DNA of 64,000 bases. Origin: Candidatus Scatovivens sp. (GTDB taxonomy: Bacteria > Bacillota > Clostridia > TANB77 > CAG-508). The notes under the pieces were generated by a model, which saw only the letters and a list, made by a program, of their open reading frames with translations, had not been told where the DNA came from and made no database searches. This document shows positions 48,859 through 60,300 of this stretch, in pieces (within the stretch, counting starts at the first letter, position 1; each line of letters starts with the position of its first letter). Made by a program: the position numbers and the translations under genes. Location: assembly GCA_045646345.1 (NCBI GenBank), contig JAZRKN010000009.1, positions 1-64,000 of the forward strand. The letters are read 5' to 3'.

Positions 48859-50013
48859 ATGGCAGAAAGATTTATTCTAAATGAAACATCTTATTTTGGA
48901 AGAGGTTCAAGAGTTGAACTTGCAAATGAAATTAAAACAAGAGGATTTAATAAAGTATTAGTAGTAACAGATCAAACTTTATTAGATTGTGGAGTAGCTG
49001 GAAAAGTTATTTCAGTATTAGAAGAAGCTGGTATTGCATTTGATGTATATGCTGATGTAAAACCAAATCCAACAGTAAAAAATGTACAAGATGGTGTTAA
49101 TAAATGTAGAGAAGTAGGTGCTGACGTAATCGTTACAATTGGTGGTGGTTCAGCTATGGATACTGCAAAAGGAATATCAATAATAATGACAAATCCAGAT
49201 AGATATGATGTTGTGTCATTAAATGGATTATCAAATACAGTAAACAAAGGAATGCCAGTTATAGCTTTACCTACAACACATGGAACTGCGGCAGAAGTAA
49301 CAATCAATTATGTAATAACAGATGAAGAAAGACAAATAAAAATGGTTTGTGTAGATCCACATGATATACCAGTTTTAGCTATAGTAGATTCAGAATTAAT
49401 GGAAACACTTCCAAAAGGAACAGCAGCTGCTACAGGTTTAGATGCTTTAACACATGCGGTTGAAGGATATATAACTAAAGCTCACAATACAATGTCTGAT
49501 ATGTTCCATATGAGAGCAATTGAATTAATATTTGAAAATTTACCAAAAGCAGTTAACGAAAAAGATTCAGCAGCTATTGAAAACATGGCTTTAGCTCAAT
49601 ATATGGCTGGAATGGGATTCTCAAATGTAGGATTAGGAATTGTTCACTCAATGGCTCACCAATTAGGTGCTGTTTATGATACACCACATGGAATTGCTAA
49701 CGCAATAATTCTTCCAACAGTAATGAGATTTAACGGAGAAGTATGTGCTGATAGATTTAGAGAAATTTTATGTCATATTGGAAGACCAGATGCAAAAGAT
49801 TTAAATGATCAAGATGTTATAAATACATTCGTATGGATGATACAAGAATTATCAAAATCAGTAGGAGTTACTCAAACTGTAAAAGATACTGGATGTAAAG
49901 AAGAAGATATAGAAATGCTTGCAGATAAAGCAATGGAAGATCCTTGTAAACCAGGAAATCCAAGAGAAGTAACTAAAGAAGATTTTATAAGATTATATAG
50001 AGAAGCAATGTAA
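48859..50013 (+). CDS. fucO: Lactaldehyde reductase / iron-containing alcohol dehydrogenase
   Basis: RFILNETSYFG, GGGSAMD, PTTHGTAAEVTINYVITD, DALTHAVE, HSMAH, PHG.ANA. Confidence 0.88.
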   Translation: MAERFILNETSYFGRGSRVELANEIKTRGFNKVLVVTDQTLLDCGVAGKVISVLEEAGIAFDVYADVKPNPTVKNVQDGVNKCREVGADVIVTIGGGSAMDTAKGISIIMTNPDRYDVVSLNGLSNTVNKGMPVIALPTTHGTAAEVTINYVITDEERQIKMVCVDPHDIPVLAIVDSELMETLPKGTAAATGLDALTHAVEGYITKAHNTMSDMFHMRAIELIFENLPKAVNEKDSAAIENMALAQYMAGMGFSNVGLGIVHSMAHQLGAVYDTPHGIANAIILPTVMRFNGEVCADRFREILCHIGRPDAKDLNDQDVINTFVWMIQELSKSVGVTQTVKDTGCKEEDIEMLADKAMEDPCKPGNPREVTKEDFIRLYREAM

Positions 50014-50057
50014 TAATAAAAAGAATCACCGCATATATAAATATGGGGTGATTCTTT

Positions 50058-50972
50058 TTGATATATATAGAACTTGAAGATTATTTGGAAAATGATGATG
50101 AAAGACGTGGATTTTTTTCTAAGAAAATACAGGCTATAAAAAATAAATTTTTAAAATTAAAAATTGAAAAATTTGAAGATATTGTCTTGATAAAAATTCC
50201 TAATACAGAAAAAAGTGTATTAGATAAGCTAGCTAAATATATAAAAATAAAATGTATTACAAGGGTTTGTTTGTCAAAAAAATTAATGAATAATTTTGAA
50301 TTTATAAATTTTATAGAAAATCAAAAAGTGAAAATTTTTGATGGAAGATGGTTGTTTAAATATTTAATAAATGATTGTATTCAATATATTTGTTCATCCA
50401 AAAAAGAAAATATGCAATATCAAGAAATATCTTTTGTAATAAATAAGCTTGATAGAGTGGGCTTTTTTAATATATTAGAAATAGCTCCTAAAGTAAAAGT
50501 GTTAAATATAATAACGTCTAATGTGAAACAATTTAAAAGAATTGAAAATATATTATATGAAGAAAGTGGGATTGTTTTAAATATCAATAATAACTATTCA
50601 AAGAGTTTAATAAAAAGTGATATTATATTTAATTTTGATTTTTCTGAAGAAGAATTTAATAAATATGAGTTGCCAAGAAAAGCTTGTATAATAAATTTAA
50701 ATCAAGAAATGAATATAAAATCTAAAAGTTTTGAGGGTATAAATTCTAATTTTTATGAGATTCAAATGCCGGTAAAGTATTTGAAAAATATATGTTTAAA
50801 AGATTTTTTCGATGAGATTTTATACGAAAGTTATATTTATAAAAATACTAATCCTGAAAATATAAAAAGGGAATTAAAACAAGATAATATTAGAATAAAT
50901 TTTCTTATAGGAAAGAATGAGCGAATAAGAAAAAATGAATATTTAAAATTATCAAAAAAAATGGTAAATTAG
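50058..50972 (+). CDS. Hypothetical protein, 304 aa
   Basis: Long ORF with TTG start; no motif recognised. Confidence 0.7.
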   Translation: MIYIELEDYLENDDERRGFFSKKIQAIKNKFLKLKIEKFEDIVLIKIPNTEKSVLDKLAKYIKIKCITRVCLSKKLMNNFEFINFIENQKVKIFDGRWLFKYLINDCIQYICSSKKENMQYQEISFVINKLDRVGFFNILEIAPKVKVLNIITSNVKQFKRIENILYEESGIVLNINNNYSKSLIKSDIIFNFDFSEEEFNKYELPRKACIINLNQEMNIKSKSFEGINSNFYEIQMPVKYLKNICLKDFFDEILYESYIYKNTNPENIKRELKQDNIRINFLIGKNERIRKNEYLKLSKKMVN

Positions 50973-50973
50973 C

Positions 50974-51002
50974 TTGACAAAACCTAAAATAAACCGTATT
51001 AT
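50974..51002 (+). promoter_or_regulatory. Sigma-A-like promoter of greA
   Basis: TTGACA-17 bp-TATTAT. Confidence 0.7.
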
Positions 51003-51043
51003 AATTTAAGTATAAAAGAAACAATTAAAGGAGGCCTTTTATA

Positions 51044-51520
51044 ATGGGAGAAAAAGAATATTTATTAACACAAGAAGGTTATGATAATTTAGAAAAAGAA
51101 TTAGAAAGATTAAAAACAGTTGAAAGATATGAGATTGCTGAAAGAATAAAAGTAGCTTTAGGATTTGGAGATTTATCAGAAAACTCTGAATATGATGAAG
51201 CAAAAAATGCACAAGCAAATAATGAAATAAAAATAGCTGAATTAGAAGAAAAAATCAAATATGCTAAAATTATAGATGAATCTGAAATTGATACAGAAGT
51301 TGTTCAAGTAGGAAATATTGTTAAAGTTTTAGATATAGAATTTGATGAAACAGTAGAATATACAATTGTTGGTTCAACAGAAGTTGATGTTGTTGCAAAT
51401 AAAATATCAAATGAATCTCCAATCGGAATGGCTTTATTAGGTAAAAAAAGAAATAACGTTGTAGAAGTTCAAGCTCCTGTTGGAATAATTAAATTAAAAA
51501 TATTATCAATAAAAAAATAG
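51044..51520 (+). CDS. greA: Transcription elongation factor GreA
   Basis: [25 protein letters not shown]. Confidence 0.97.
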   Translation: MGEKEYLLTQEGYDNLEKELERLKTVERYEIAERIKVALGFGDLSENSEYDEAKNAQANNEIKIAELEEKIKYAKIIDESEIDTEVVQVGNIVKVLDIEFDETVEYTIVGSTEVDVVANKISNESPIGMALLGKKRNNVVEVQAPVGIIKLKILSIKK

Positions 51521-51696
51521 AAAAATAAAAAAAGATATATGCGTGCATATATCTTTTTTGTTGTTTTATAAAGCTTTAAAATACTATAAATATCGAAAAA
51601 CTATGTAGACAAATTATAAAAAATTAGATATTCTTAATGTGTATTAAAAGTCAAAAAAATATAAACAAATATAAATAAAAAGAAAGGGATGAAATT

Positions 51697-52137
51697 ATGA
51701 AAAGAATAAGAGTTGCAGGTTTAGTAGAAATGGAAAATGGATATGCACTTATGCATAGAATGAATGTAAAGAAAAAAGAAAATTCTAATGCACCATATGG
51801 AGAGTATTATGTATTTCCTGGTGGAGGAATAGAAGGTGATGAAGCTTTCGAAGAAGGTGTTGCAAGAGAAGTTTTAGAAGAATTTGGAATAAATGTAGAA
51901 GTAAAAGAAAAACTATATTTTAGACAAATTGGTGAAGAATTAGATGAATATTTATATTTGTGCAAATATGTGAGTGGAACATTAGGAACTGGTACAGGGC
52001 CTGAATTTTCAGGGGATCCTAAATATGCTGATAGAGGACTTTATATTCCAACGATAGTTCCAAAAAATGAAATAAGAAACATAAGATTATTACCAGAAGA
52101 ATTTAAAGAAAAATTAGTAAAAGATTTTAATTTATAA
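51697..52137 (+). CDS. NUDIX hydrolase
   Basis: Nudix box GGGIEGDEAFEEGVAREVLEEFG. Confidence 0.92.
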   Translation: MKRIRVAGLVEMENGYALMHRMNVKKKENSNAPYGEYYVFPGGGIEGDEAFEEGVAREVLEEFGINVEVKEKLYFRQIGEELDEYLYLCKYVSGTLGTGTGPEFSGDPKYADRGLYIPTIVPKNEIRNIRLLPEEFKEKLVKDFNL

Positions 52138-52151
52138 AAAGAGGTATTTAA

Positions 52152-52679
52152 ATGAAAGTATATATTGTAAGACATGGGCAAACCGATTCTAATTTAGCTA
52201 AAGTGTATAATTTTCAAGGTGAAGATATAAATAAAAATGGAATTGAGCAAGCAAAAATTTTAAGTGAAAAAATAAAAGATTTAAAATACGATGTGGTTTA
52301 TTGTTCTCCATTTTTGAGAGCTAGACATACAGCAGAAATTATAAATAGAAACAACATTCAAACAATATATGATGAAAGAATTCAAGAAAGAAATCCAGGA
52401 AATCTAGAAGGAAAACCATGGGGGACTACAGATAGAAATGAATATTGGAATTATTATTCAAAGAATAAATTTGGAACTGAAGAATCAGTTGAGCATTTAT
52501 TTGAAAGAGTATATTCATTTTTAGAAGATTTGAAAAATAAAGATTATGAAAGTGTTTTAGTTGTTGCGCATAGCGGTGTATCTAAAGCTTTTTATGGTTA
52601 TTTTAATGGTATTCCAGAAGATGGCAATTTTTTGGAATTAGGACTAAAAAATGGAGAGATTGCAGAATATAAATTTTAA
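52152..52679 (+). CDS. Histidine phosphatase family protein
   Basis: VRHGQT, SPFLRARHT, VAHSG. Confidence 0.92.
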   Translation: MKVYIVRHGQTDSNLAKVYNFQGEDINKNGIEQAKILSEKIKDLKYDVVYCSPFLRARHTAEIINRNNIQTIYDERIQERNPGNLEGKPWGTTDRNEYWNYYSKNKFGTEESVEHLFERVYSFLEDLKNKDYESVLVVAHSGVSKAFYGYFNGIPEDGNFLELGLKNGEIAEYKF

Positions 52680-52865
52680 TGTAAGAGGGTTTTACTTTTC
52701 ATAAAATAAATAATAAAAAATTATGTTATCATAAGCGAAAAATGACGATTAAAAATATAAAAAATATGTAAAAAAATAGTGAAAAATAAAAACTTTTATG
52801 ATAGAATACAAAAAGTATAATTGTATACTTAATTAATAAAAATTAAATATAAAAGGAGAAGGATA

Positions 52866-53573
52866 ATGGTAGCCTATAAAAGAGTTCTATTAAAATTAAG
52901 CGGTGAAGCTTTATCTGGAAAAGAAGGTCATGGAATTGATCCAGAAGTAGTTGGTTCGATATGTGATAAAGTAAAAGAAATTGTAGATATGGGAGTTCAA
53001 GTATCAATTGTTGTCGGAGGAGGAAACTTCTGGAGAGGACTAAAAAATGGTAAAAAAATGAACGACAGAGCTACAGCTGATTACATGGGAATGCTAGCAA
53101 CAGCTATGAATGGATTAGCACTTCAAGATGCTTTAGAGTACAGAGGTTTATACACAAGATTACAAACTGCAATTGAAATGAGAGAAATTGCAGAACCTTA
53201 TATAAAAAGAAAGGCTGAAAAACATTTGGATAGAGGAAGAGTAGTAATATTCGCTTGTGGAACAGGTCATCCATTCTTCTCAACAGACACAGCAGCAGCT
53301 TTAAGAGCAGCTGAAACAGAATCAGAAGTAATATTACTTGCTAAAACAATAGACGGAGTATATTCTGCTGATCCTAAATTAGATCCAAATGCAGTAAAAT
53401 ATGATGAAATTTCATATAAAGATGTTTTAGATCAAGACTTAAAAGTTATGGATTCAACAGCAACAGCTCTTTGCAAAGATAATAATATTCCATTATTAGT
53501 ATTTGCAATAAGTGATCCAGAAAATATTGTAAGAGCTGTAAAAGGTGAAAATGTGGGTACAATAGTATCTTAA
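52866..53573 (+). CDS. pyrH: UMP kinase
   Basis: [36 protein letters not shown]. Confidence 0.98.
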   Translation: MVAYKRVLLKLSGEALSGKEGHGIDPEVVGSICDKVKEIVDMGVQVSIVVGGGNFWRGLKNGKKMNDRATADYMGMLATAMNGLALQDALEYRGLYTRLQTAIEMREIAEPYIKRKAEKHLDRGRVVIFACGTGHPFFSTDTAAALRAAETESEVILLAKTIDGVYSADPKLDPNAVKYDEISYKDVLDQDLKVMDSTATALCKDNNIPLLVFAISDPENIVRAVKGENVGTIVS

Positions 53574-53607
53574 AAAATAAAATATAAAAATGAAAGGAAG
53601 TTTTAAA

Positions 53608-54156
53608 ATGGATTTACAAGAATTAGAAGGAAGAATGATAAAATCAATAGATGTATTTAGTCAAAATTTATCAGAAATTAGAGCTGGAAGAGCAAACCCA
53701 GCAATATTAAACAAAATTAGTGTTGAATATTATGGAGTTCCAACTCCAATAAATCAAGTAGCTGGAATTTCAGTTCCAGAAGCTAGAACAATCGTTATTC
53801 AACCATGGGATGCAAGTGTTTTAAAAGCAATTGAAAAAGCAATTTTAGCATCAGATATTGGATTGAACCCAAATAATGATGGAAAATTAATTAGATTAAA
53901 TTTTCCTGAATTAACAGCTGATAGAAGAAAAGAATTAGCTAAAGATGTTAGAAAATTAGCTGAAGAAGCTAAAGTAAGTATTCGTGCTATAAGAAGAGAT
54001 GGTATGGATGTAATTAAAGATGAACTAAAAAAATCAGAAATAACAGAAGATGGAAAAGCTGATTTAGAAGATAAAATACAAAAATTAACAGATAAATATG
54101 TTGCTGAAATTGATAAATTAACTGAAAACAAAGAAAAAGAAATAATGAGTATATAA
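53608..54156 (+). CDS. frr: Ribosome recycling factor
   Basis: IRAGRANP, YYGVPTP, GLNPNNDG, IRAIRRD. Confidence 0.97.
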   Translation: MDLQELEGRMIKSIDVFSQNLSEIRAGRANPAILNKISVEYYGVPTPINQVAGISVPEARTIVIQPWDASVLKAIEKAILASDIGLNPNNDGKLIRLNFPELTADRRKELAKDVRKLAEEAKVSIRAIRRDGMDVIKDELKKSEITEDGKADLEDKIQKLTDKYVAEIDKLTENKEKEIMSI

Positions 54157-54167
54157 TTGGAGTAATT

Positions 54168-54875
54168 ATGGAAGAAAGAATAATGCCAAAACATATTGCC
54201 ATCATAATGGATGGCAATAGAAGATGGGCTAAACAAAGAAGTTTACCAGTAAAATTGGGACATAAACAAGGTGCTGAAACTCTAAAAAAAGTAGTAAGAT
54301 ATGCTAATGAAATTGGTATAAAATACGTTACAGTATATGCTTTTTCTACAGAAAATTGGAAAAGAAGCGAGGAAGAAGTTAGTGCATTAATGAATCTTTT
54401 AGAAACATATCTAGATGATTTTGCCAAAGAAGCTGATACAGAAAATATTGTAATTAGAGTTTTAGGAAATATGGCTCAATTGTCAGAATCTTTACAAGAA
54501 AGTATTAGAAAAACAATTGAGAGAACAGAAAATAATACAGGAACAATTTTTAATATAGCATTAAACTATGGTGGAAGAGATGAAATTACTAATGCAGCTA
54601 AGAGCTTAGCCAAAGATGTTAAAGAAGGAAATGTTGCATTAGAAGAAATTTCAGAAGAACTATTTGCTAAATATTTATATACAAAAAATGATCCTGATCC
54701 GGATTTATTAATAAGAACAAGTGGAGAATTGAGATTAAGCGGATTCTTGCCTTGGCAATCTACATATTCAGAGTTCTTGTTTTTAGATAAACTATGGCCT
54801 GATTTTTCTAAAGAGGATTTAGATAATGCGATAGAAGTATTTTCAAAAAGAAATAGAAAATTTGGAGCTAAATAA
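54168..54875 (+). CDS. uppS: Undecaprenyl diphosphate synthase
   Basis: IMDGNRRWA, AFSTENWKR, NYGGR, IRTSGE.RLS. Confidence 0.97.
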   Translation: MEERIMPKHIAIIMDGNRRWAKQRSLPVKLGHKQGAETLKKVVRYANEIGIKYVTVYAFSTENWKRSEEEVSALMNLLETYLDDFAKEADTENIVIRVLGNMAQLSESLQESIRKTIERTENNTGTIFNIALNYGGRDEITNAAKSLAKDVKEGNVALEEISEELFAKYLYTKNDPDPDLLIRTSGELRLSGFLPWQSTYSEFLFLDKLWPDFSKEDLDNAIEVFSKRNRKFGAK

Positions 54876-54895
54876 AATATATAACAAAGGATAGT

Positions 54896-55720
54896 GTGAG
54901 AAAAATGATGAAAAGAATTATTACAGCACTAATAGGTTTTCCTATTGTTGTTGCTGTACTTGCATTTGCTAACAAATATGTTGTTGATATAATAGTTGCA
55001 ATTGTTGCATTAATATCAATGAACGAATATATTAAATGTGTCGCACATAAAGATGTTCATGTAATAAAATGGGTTAGTTATTTATCTGTTTTAGGAATTG
55101 CATTAATACATGTGATACCACAAGCGTTATATTTGAATATTTTGATATTTGCAATGCCAGTATTACTTATGATTTTGTTTTTACATGTAATTGTAACTGA
55201 TATGAAAATAACATTTCAAGATGTTGCTTATACATTAATAGGAATAATATATATATATTCATTTTTAGTATTTTTAGCAGCAATTTTCGGAATTGAAGGT
55301 TCAGTTTCAGGAAGATTATTAATATGGTATGTATTTTGTGCTGCATGGGGAACTGATACATTGGCATATTTTGCAGGAATGAAATTTGGAAAACATAAAT
55401 TTAGCAAAGTAAGTCCTAAAAAGTCAATAGAAGGCTGCGTTGCAGGAGTGATTGGATCACTAGTTTTATGTTTGATATATACTTTTGCAATAAATACAAT
55501 TTTTGGATTAACAATACCATATGTATGGGTTTCAATTATGAGTGTAATACTAAGTGTAATTGGTCAAGTAGGTGATTTTTCAGCATCAGTTATAAAAAGA
55601 TATTTTGATGTTAAAGATTATAGCAATATCTTTCCAGGGCATGGTGGAATGCTAGACAGAATAGATAGCGCAATGTTTATATCACCATTTGCATATATGT
55701 TTATTATGATAATATTATAG
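54896..55720 (+). CDS. cdsA: Phosphatidate cytidylyltransferase
   Basis: SPKKSIEG, KR...VKD...PGHGGMLDRIDS. Confidence 0.96.
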   Translation: MRKMMKRIITALIGFPIVVAVLAFANKYVVDIIVAIVALISMNEYIKCVAHKDVHVIKWVSYLSVLGIALIHVIPQALYLNILIFAMPVLLMILFLHVIVTDMKITFQDVAYTLIGIIYIYSFLVFLAAIFGIEGSVSGRLLIWYVFCAAWGTDTLAYFAGMKFGKHKFSKVSPKKSIEGCVAGVIGSLVLCLIYTFAINTIFGLTIPYVWVSIMSVILSVIGQVGDFSASVIKRYFDVKDYSNIFPGHGGMLDRIDSAMFISPFAYMFIMIIL

Positions 55721-55730
55721 GAGGAAGAAA

Positions 55731-56738
55731 TTGACATTTTTAATTAATGCTTTCAAAATAATATTTTTATTAGGTTTTTTAGTATTTATACATGAAGGTG
55801 GTCACTTTCTAGCTGCTAGATTATTTAAAGTAAAAGTAGAAGAATTTTCAATTGGTTTTGGACCAAAGATATTTACCAAAAAAGGGAAAGAAACACAATA
55901 TAGTATTGGTTGTATCCCTTTTGGTGGATATGTAAAGATGTTAGGAGAAGAAGAAAGAAGCGAAGAAGAAGGAGCTTTTAACAAAGCTAGTGTTTTTCAT
56001 AGAATAATAATTGTTGCTGCTGGAGCAATTGTAAATATTGTTTTTGCAGTAATAGTATTTTTCTTTCTATCAATTTTTTCAGGTTATAACATTTCGACAA
56101 CAATTAGTGAAATAATGCCGGAAGCAAGAGAAAATTTAGCAGATATTGAAATTGGTGATAAAATAATAAAAATAGATAATCAAAAAATAAGATTAAAATC
56201 AGATATTTCAAATGCTTTGCTTGGTTCAGATGGATCTGAAGTTAAAGTGATTGTTGAAAGAGATGGAAAAGAATTAGAATTTGATGTAAAACCAATTGAA
56301 TATGCAGAAAATACTTATATATTAGGGATTCAAGTTGCTTTATTAGATGCAACTTGGCAAGAAAAAATTTACTATGGATATTGGGAAACAGTAAATTTTG
56401 TTGAGTCAATGTTTAAAACAGTAAAATTATTATTTACAGGAAATATAAAAATAGATCAAATGACAGGACCTATTGGAATTTCAGAGATAGTAGTAAAATC
56501 AAATGGAATATATAATTTTATATATTTACTTTGTTTAATTTCTTTATCACTAGGAGTAACCAATTTATTACCAATACCGGCGTTAGATGGAGGAAGAATA
56601 TTTTTACTAATTATTGAAGGAATTAGGGGAAAAGCACTAAAAGAAGAAATAGAATTAGGAATACAATCAGCTGGCTTTTTGCTATTAATTTTACTCTCAC
56701 TTTATGTGTCTTATAAAGATATTTTAAGAATTTTTTAA
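55731..56738 (+). CDS. rseP: RIP metalloprotease RseP (M50, PDZ)
   Basis: HEGGH, FSIGFGP, GGYV, NLLPIPALDGG. Confidence 0.95.
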   Translation: MTFLINAFKIIFLLGFLVFIHEGGHFLAARLFKVKVEEFSIGFGPKIFTKKGKETQYSIGCIPFGGYVKMLGEEERSEEEGAFNKASVFHRIIIVAAGAIVNIVFAVIVFFFLSIFSGYNISTTISEIMPEARENLADIEIGDKIIKIDNQKIRLKSDISNALLGSDGSEVKVIVERDGKELEFDVKPIEYAENTYILGIQVALLDATWQEKIYYGYWETVNFVESMFKTVKLLFTGNIKIDQMTGPIGISEIVVKSNGIYNFIYLLCLISLSLGVTNLLPIPALDGGRIFLLIIEGIRGKALKEEIELGIQSAGFLLLILLSLYVSYKDILRIF

Positions 56739-56756
56739 AAGAAAGAGTGAAGAATT

Positions 56757-57329
56757 ATGAAATGTAGAATTTGTGGAGCAAAATTAAAAAAAGATGGAGA
56801 TATATGTACAACATGTTACAAAGAATTCCAAGAAGAGGAAGATCTAAAAAAAGATACTAATGAAAGACTAAAAATTAAAAGAAAATATTCTATTAGTTAT
56901 GAAATCTCAAAATGTACAGAAATAATTATATTAGCAATACTTTCTATAATTTTATGTTTGTCAGCAGGAGGAATATTAGAAACATTAGGTGTTGTATTAA
57001 TATTTGCTGCAATTATTGGAATTGTGCTTTTTATAGATAAAAGATTAGCAATGGCAACAAAAGCGGTTTTTTATGATAAGAAAACAGTATATACATTTAA
57101 ATTTTTATTTTTTGATGTAACAAAAGTTGTAAAATATACGGATATTGCTGATGTTAGATATTTCCAAACACGTAGACAAAAGAAATATGGTTTTGGAGAT
57201 TTATGCGTATATGCAAAAGGAGTAATACCAGGAGCTGGCTTTTTAAATGGATATCAGATTAAAAATATTGAAAATGTAGAAGAAGTATTAAGTCAAATTG
57301 GTGAAATTGTAGGACCAATCGAGGAATAA
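56757..57329 (+). CDS. Zinc-ribbon + 2-TM + PH-like domain hypothetical protein
   Basis: CRIC...CTTC, two TMs, Q...QK.YGFGDL motif. Confidence 0.7.
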   Translation: MKCRICGAKLKKDGDICTTCYKEFQEEEDLKKDTNERLKIKRKYSISYEISKCTEIIILAILSIILCLSAGGILETLGVVLIFAAIIGIVLFIDKRLAMATKAVFYDKKTVYTFKFLFFDVTKVVKYTDIADVRYFQTRRQKKYGFGDLCVYAKGVIPGAGFLNGYQIKNIENVEEVLSQIGEIVGPIEE

Positions 57330-57344
57330 TGAGAAGAGGAAAAT

Positions 57345-60300
57345 ATGCCAAAATATATAAAAGAAGTTTTCAATGATTATGTGATTGATAATAATTTAAT
57401 AGAAGCAGAAATTGAGAATATAAATTTATATAAAAAAACGAATAAATTACAAATAAAATTAGCATCTTCAAAAGTTATAACTTTGCAAAACATAGAGAGT
57501 TTTGAGGAATATTTGGTAAAGACTTTTAAAGTAAATAAGGCTTCTATTGATATAAATTATAATGATGTAGTAATTGATCAAAATATATCAGAAAATTGGA
57601 ATAATATAATTAAATATATTGCCAAAAAAGAACCTTTTAGTAAAGCAATTTTAACAAATAGTAAAATTGAAATACAAGACTCTGATGTTGTTAAGGTAAA
57701 GTTAGCTATGAAAGGTGCTTCTTTTTTAGTTGCTCAAAAATTTGATAAAGGATTAGAGCATCTATTTAGTAACCTTTATAACAAACAATACGTTGTAGAG
57801 TTTATTGAAGATGTTTCGGAAAATTTTGAAAAAGAGTTAATTGAAAGAAGGAAACAAGAAGAAAAAGAAGCTTTAATGGAACTTGAAAGACAAGCTTTAA
57901 TTGAAGTAGAACAAGCAAAAGAAAGAAAGAAACAAGAAAAAGAAGCTGAAAAAGAAAGAAAACGTGAAGAAGATGAAAAACTAAAAGAAACTTTAAGACA
58001 ACAAAATCCAGAACTTGCTGCAAAAATTGAAGCTCATCAAAATAAAGACCCTGAAGTTAAGGACGAAGCATCACCTTTAATTTTAGGTAGAAGCATGATG
58101 ATAAGAACTGAACTTGTAAAAATAGAAAATATTCCAATGACAGAAGATGCGGATATAAGAGTTTGTGTTGATGGAGAAATTTTAGATGGTTCAATTGATT
58201 CGAGAGATATAAAAGATGAAAAAACAATCTTGATGTTTAATCTTTTTGATGGAACAAGTACTATTGGTTGTAAAGCTTTCTTGCCTAAAGATAAATTAAA
58301 AGAAGTAAAAGGAAGAATTTCATCTGCAAAAGGTTTAAGAATAGAAGGGCAAGCAAGATATAGTCCATACTCAAAAGAAGTTGAAATTATGGCGAATACA
58401 ATATTAGAATCAACTGGTTTCAAAAAAGAAAAGAGAATGGATAATAGTGAACAAAAAAGAGTTGAGCTTCATATGCATACTCAAATGAGCCAAATGGATG
58501 CTATTACTCCTTGTAGTGATTTGATAAAAAGAGCAATTTCATGGGGATGGAATTCAATTGCAATTACAGATCACGGTGTTGTTCAAAGTTTCCCGGATGC
58601 GCATAAGCTTTTGGGAAAAGTAGGAGATGTTATTAAAGTTATATATGGAGTTGAAGCTTATTTCTGTCCAGATAAAGATCCTGCTGTAATAAATTCAAAA
58701 GGTCAAGAAATAGATACAGAATATTGTGTATTTGACTTAGAAACAACAGGTTTATCACATATAACAGAAAAAATTACAGAGATTGGTATTATAAAAATAA
58801 AAAATGGTGAAGTAATTGATACTTTTGAGACATTTGTAAATCCAGAAAAACCAATACCACAAGAAGTTGTAGAAGTAACTCATATCACAGATGATATGGT
58901 AAAAGATGCAGAAACAATTGATAAAATAATGCCAAAAGTATTAGAGTTTATGAAAGGTTCTGTTTTAGTAGCTCATAATGCCGATTTTGATATTGGTTTT
59001 ATGAAATATAATTGTGAGCAATTAGGATTACCTTTTAACTTTACTCATATAGATACACTTCGTTTAGCGAAAGCTATATTCCCAGAATTTACAAGATATA
59101 AATTAGGATTTATAGCAGATAAATTAGGTATAAAAGTAGAAGTTGCACACCGTGCTTTAGATGACGTTAAAACTTTAGTTCAAGTATTTAACGAAATGAT
59201 TTTAAAAGCTAAAGACAGAGATGCAAAGACGATAGATGATTTTGATAATGTATTTGAAACTGATTTTAGAAAACTACCAGCATATCATATGATAATTTTA
59301 GCAAAAGACTATGTTGGACTAAAAAATCTTTATAAATTAGTATCTTATTCGCATTTGGATTATTTCTATAAAAAACCAAGGATATTAAAATCTATGCTTA
59401 ATCAATATAGAGAAGGGTTAATTATAGGAAGTGCGTGTGAAGCGGGAGAACTTTATAGAGCGATTGTTTCGGGAAAATCTGATGAAGATTTAGAAGAAAT
59501 AGCAAGTTACTATGATTATTTAGAAATTCAACCTTTGGCAAATAATGAATATATGATTCGTGAAGGTCAAGTTGAAAGTTGGGATACATTAAGAAACTTC
59601 AATAAAAAAATAGTTGAGCTTGGAGAAAAGATGAATAAACCTGTAGTAGCTACATGTGATGTTCATTTCATGGATCCTCAAGATGAAGTATATAGAAGAA
59701 TACTTCAAGCTGGTCAAAAATATGATGATGCAGATAATCAAGCTCCGCTTTATTTAAGAACAACAGAAGAAATGCTTGAAGAATTTAGTTATTTAGGAGA
59801 GGAAAAAGCATTTGAAGTTGTTGTAACAAATACAAATAAAGTTGCGGATATGTGTGAAAGAATAAGACCTATTTCACCTGAAAAATGTCCGCCACATATC
59901 CCGGGATGTGAAGAGGATATTAAAAGAATTACTTTTGAAAAAGCTCATGAACTATATGGTGATCCACTTCCAGAAATAATTCAAACAAGGCTAGATAAAG
60001 AATTAAATTCTATTATAAATAATGGATATTCCGTAATGTATATTATTGCTCAAAAGTTAGTTTGGAAATCAAATGAAGATGGATATATAGTAGGTTCCAG
60101 AGGATCTGTTGGTTCATCTTTGGTAGCATTTATGACGGGTATTACAGAAGTAAACTCACTTCAACCACATTATAGATGTCCAAAATGTAAATATTCTGAT
60201 TTTACAGATTATGGAATTGGAAATGGATATGATCTTCCGGATAAAGATTGTCCAGTATGTGGTGAAAAACTTGCTAAAGATGGAATGGATATACCGTTTG

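Noticed and set aside
53799-54427. Minus-strand ORFs of 145 and 137 aa
   Set aside because: Antisense shadows of frr and uppS.
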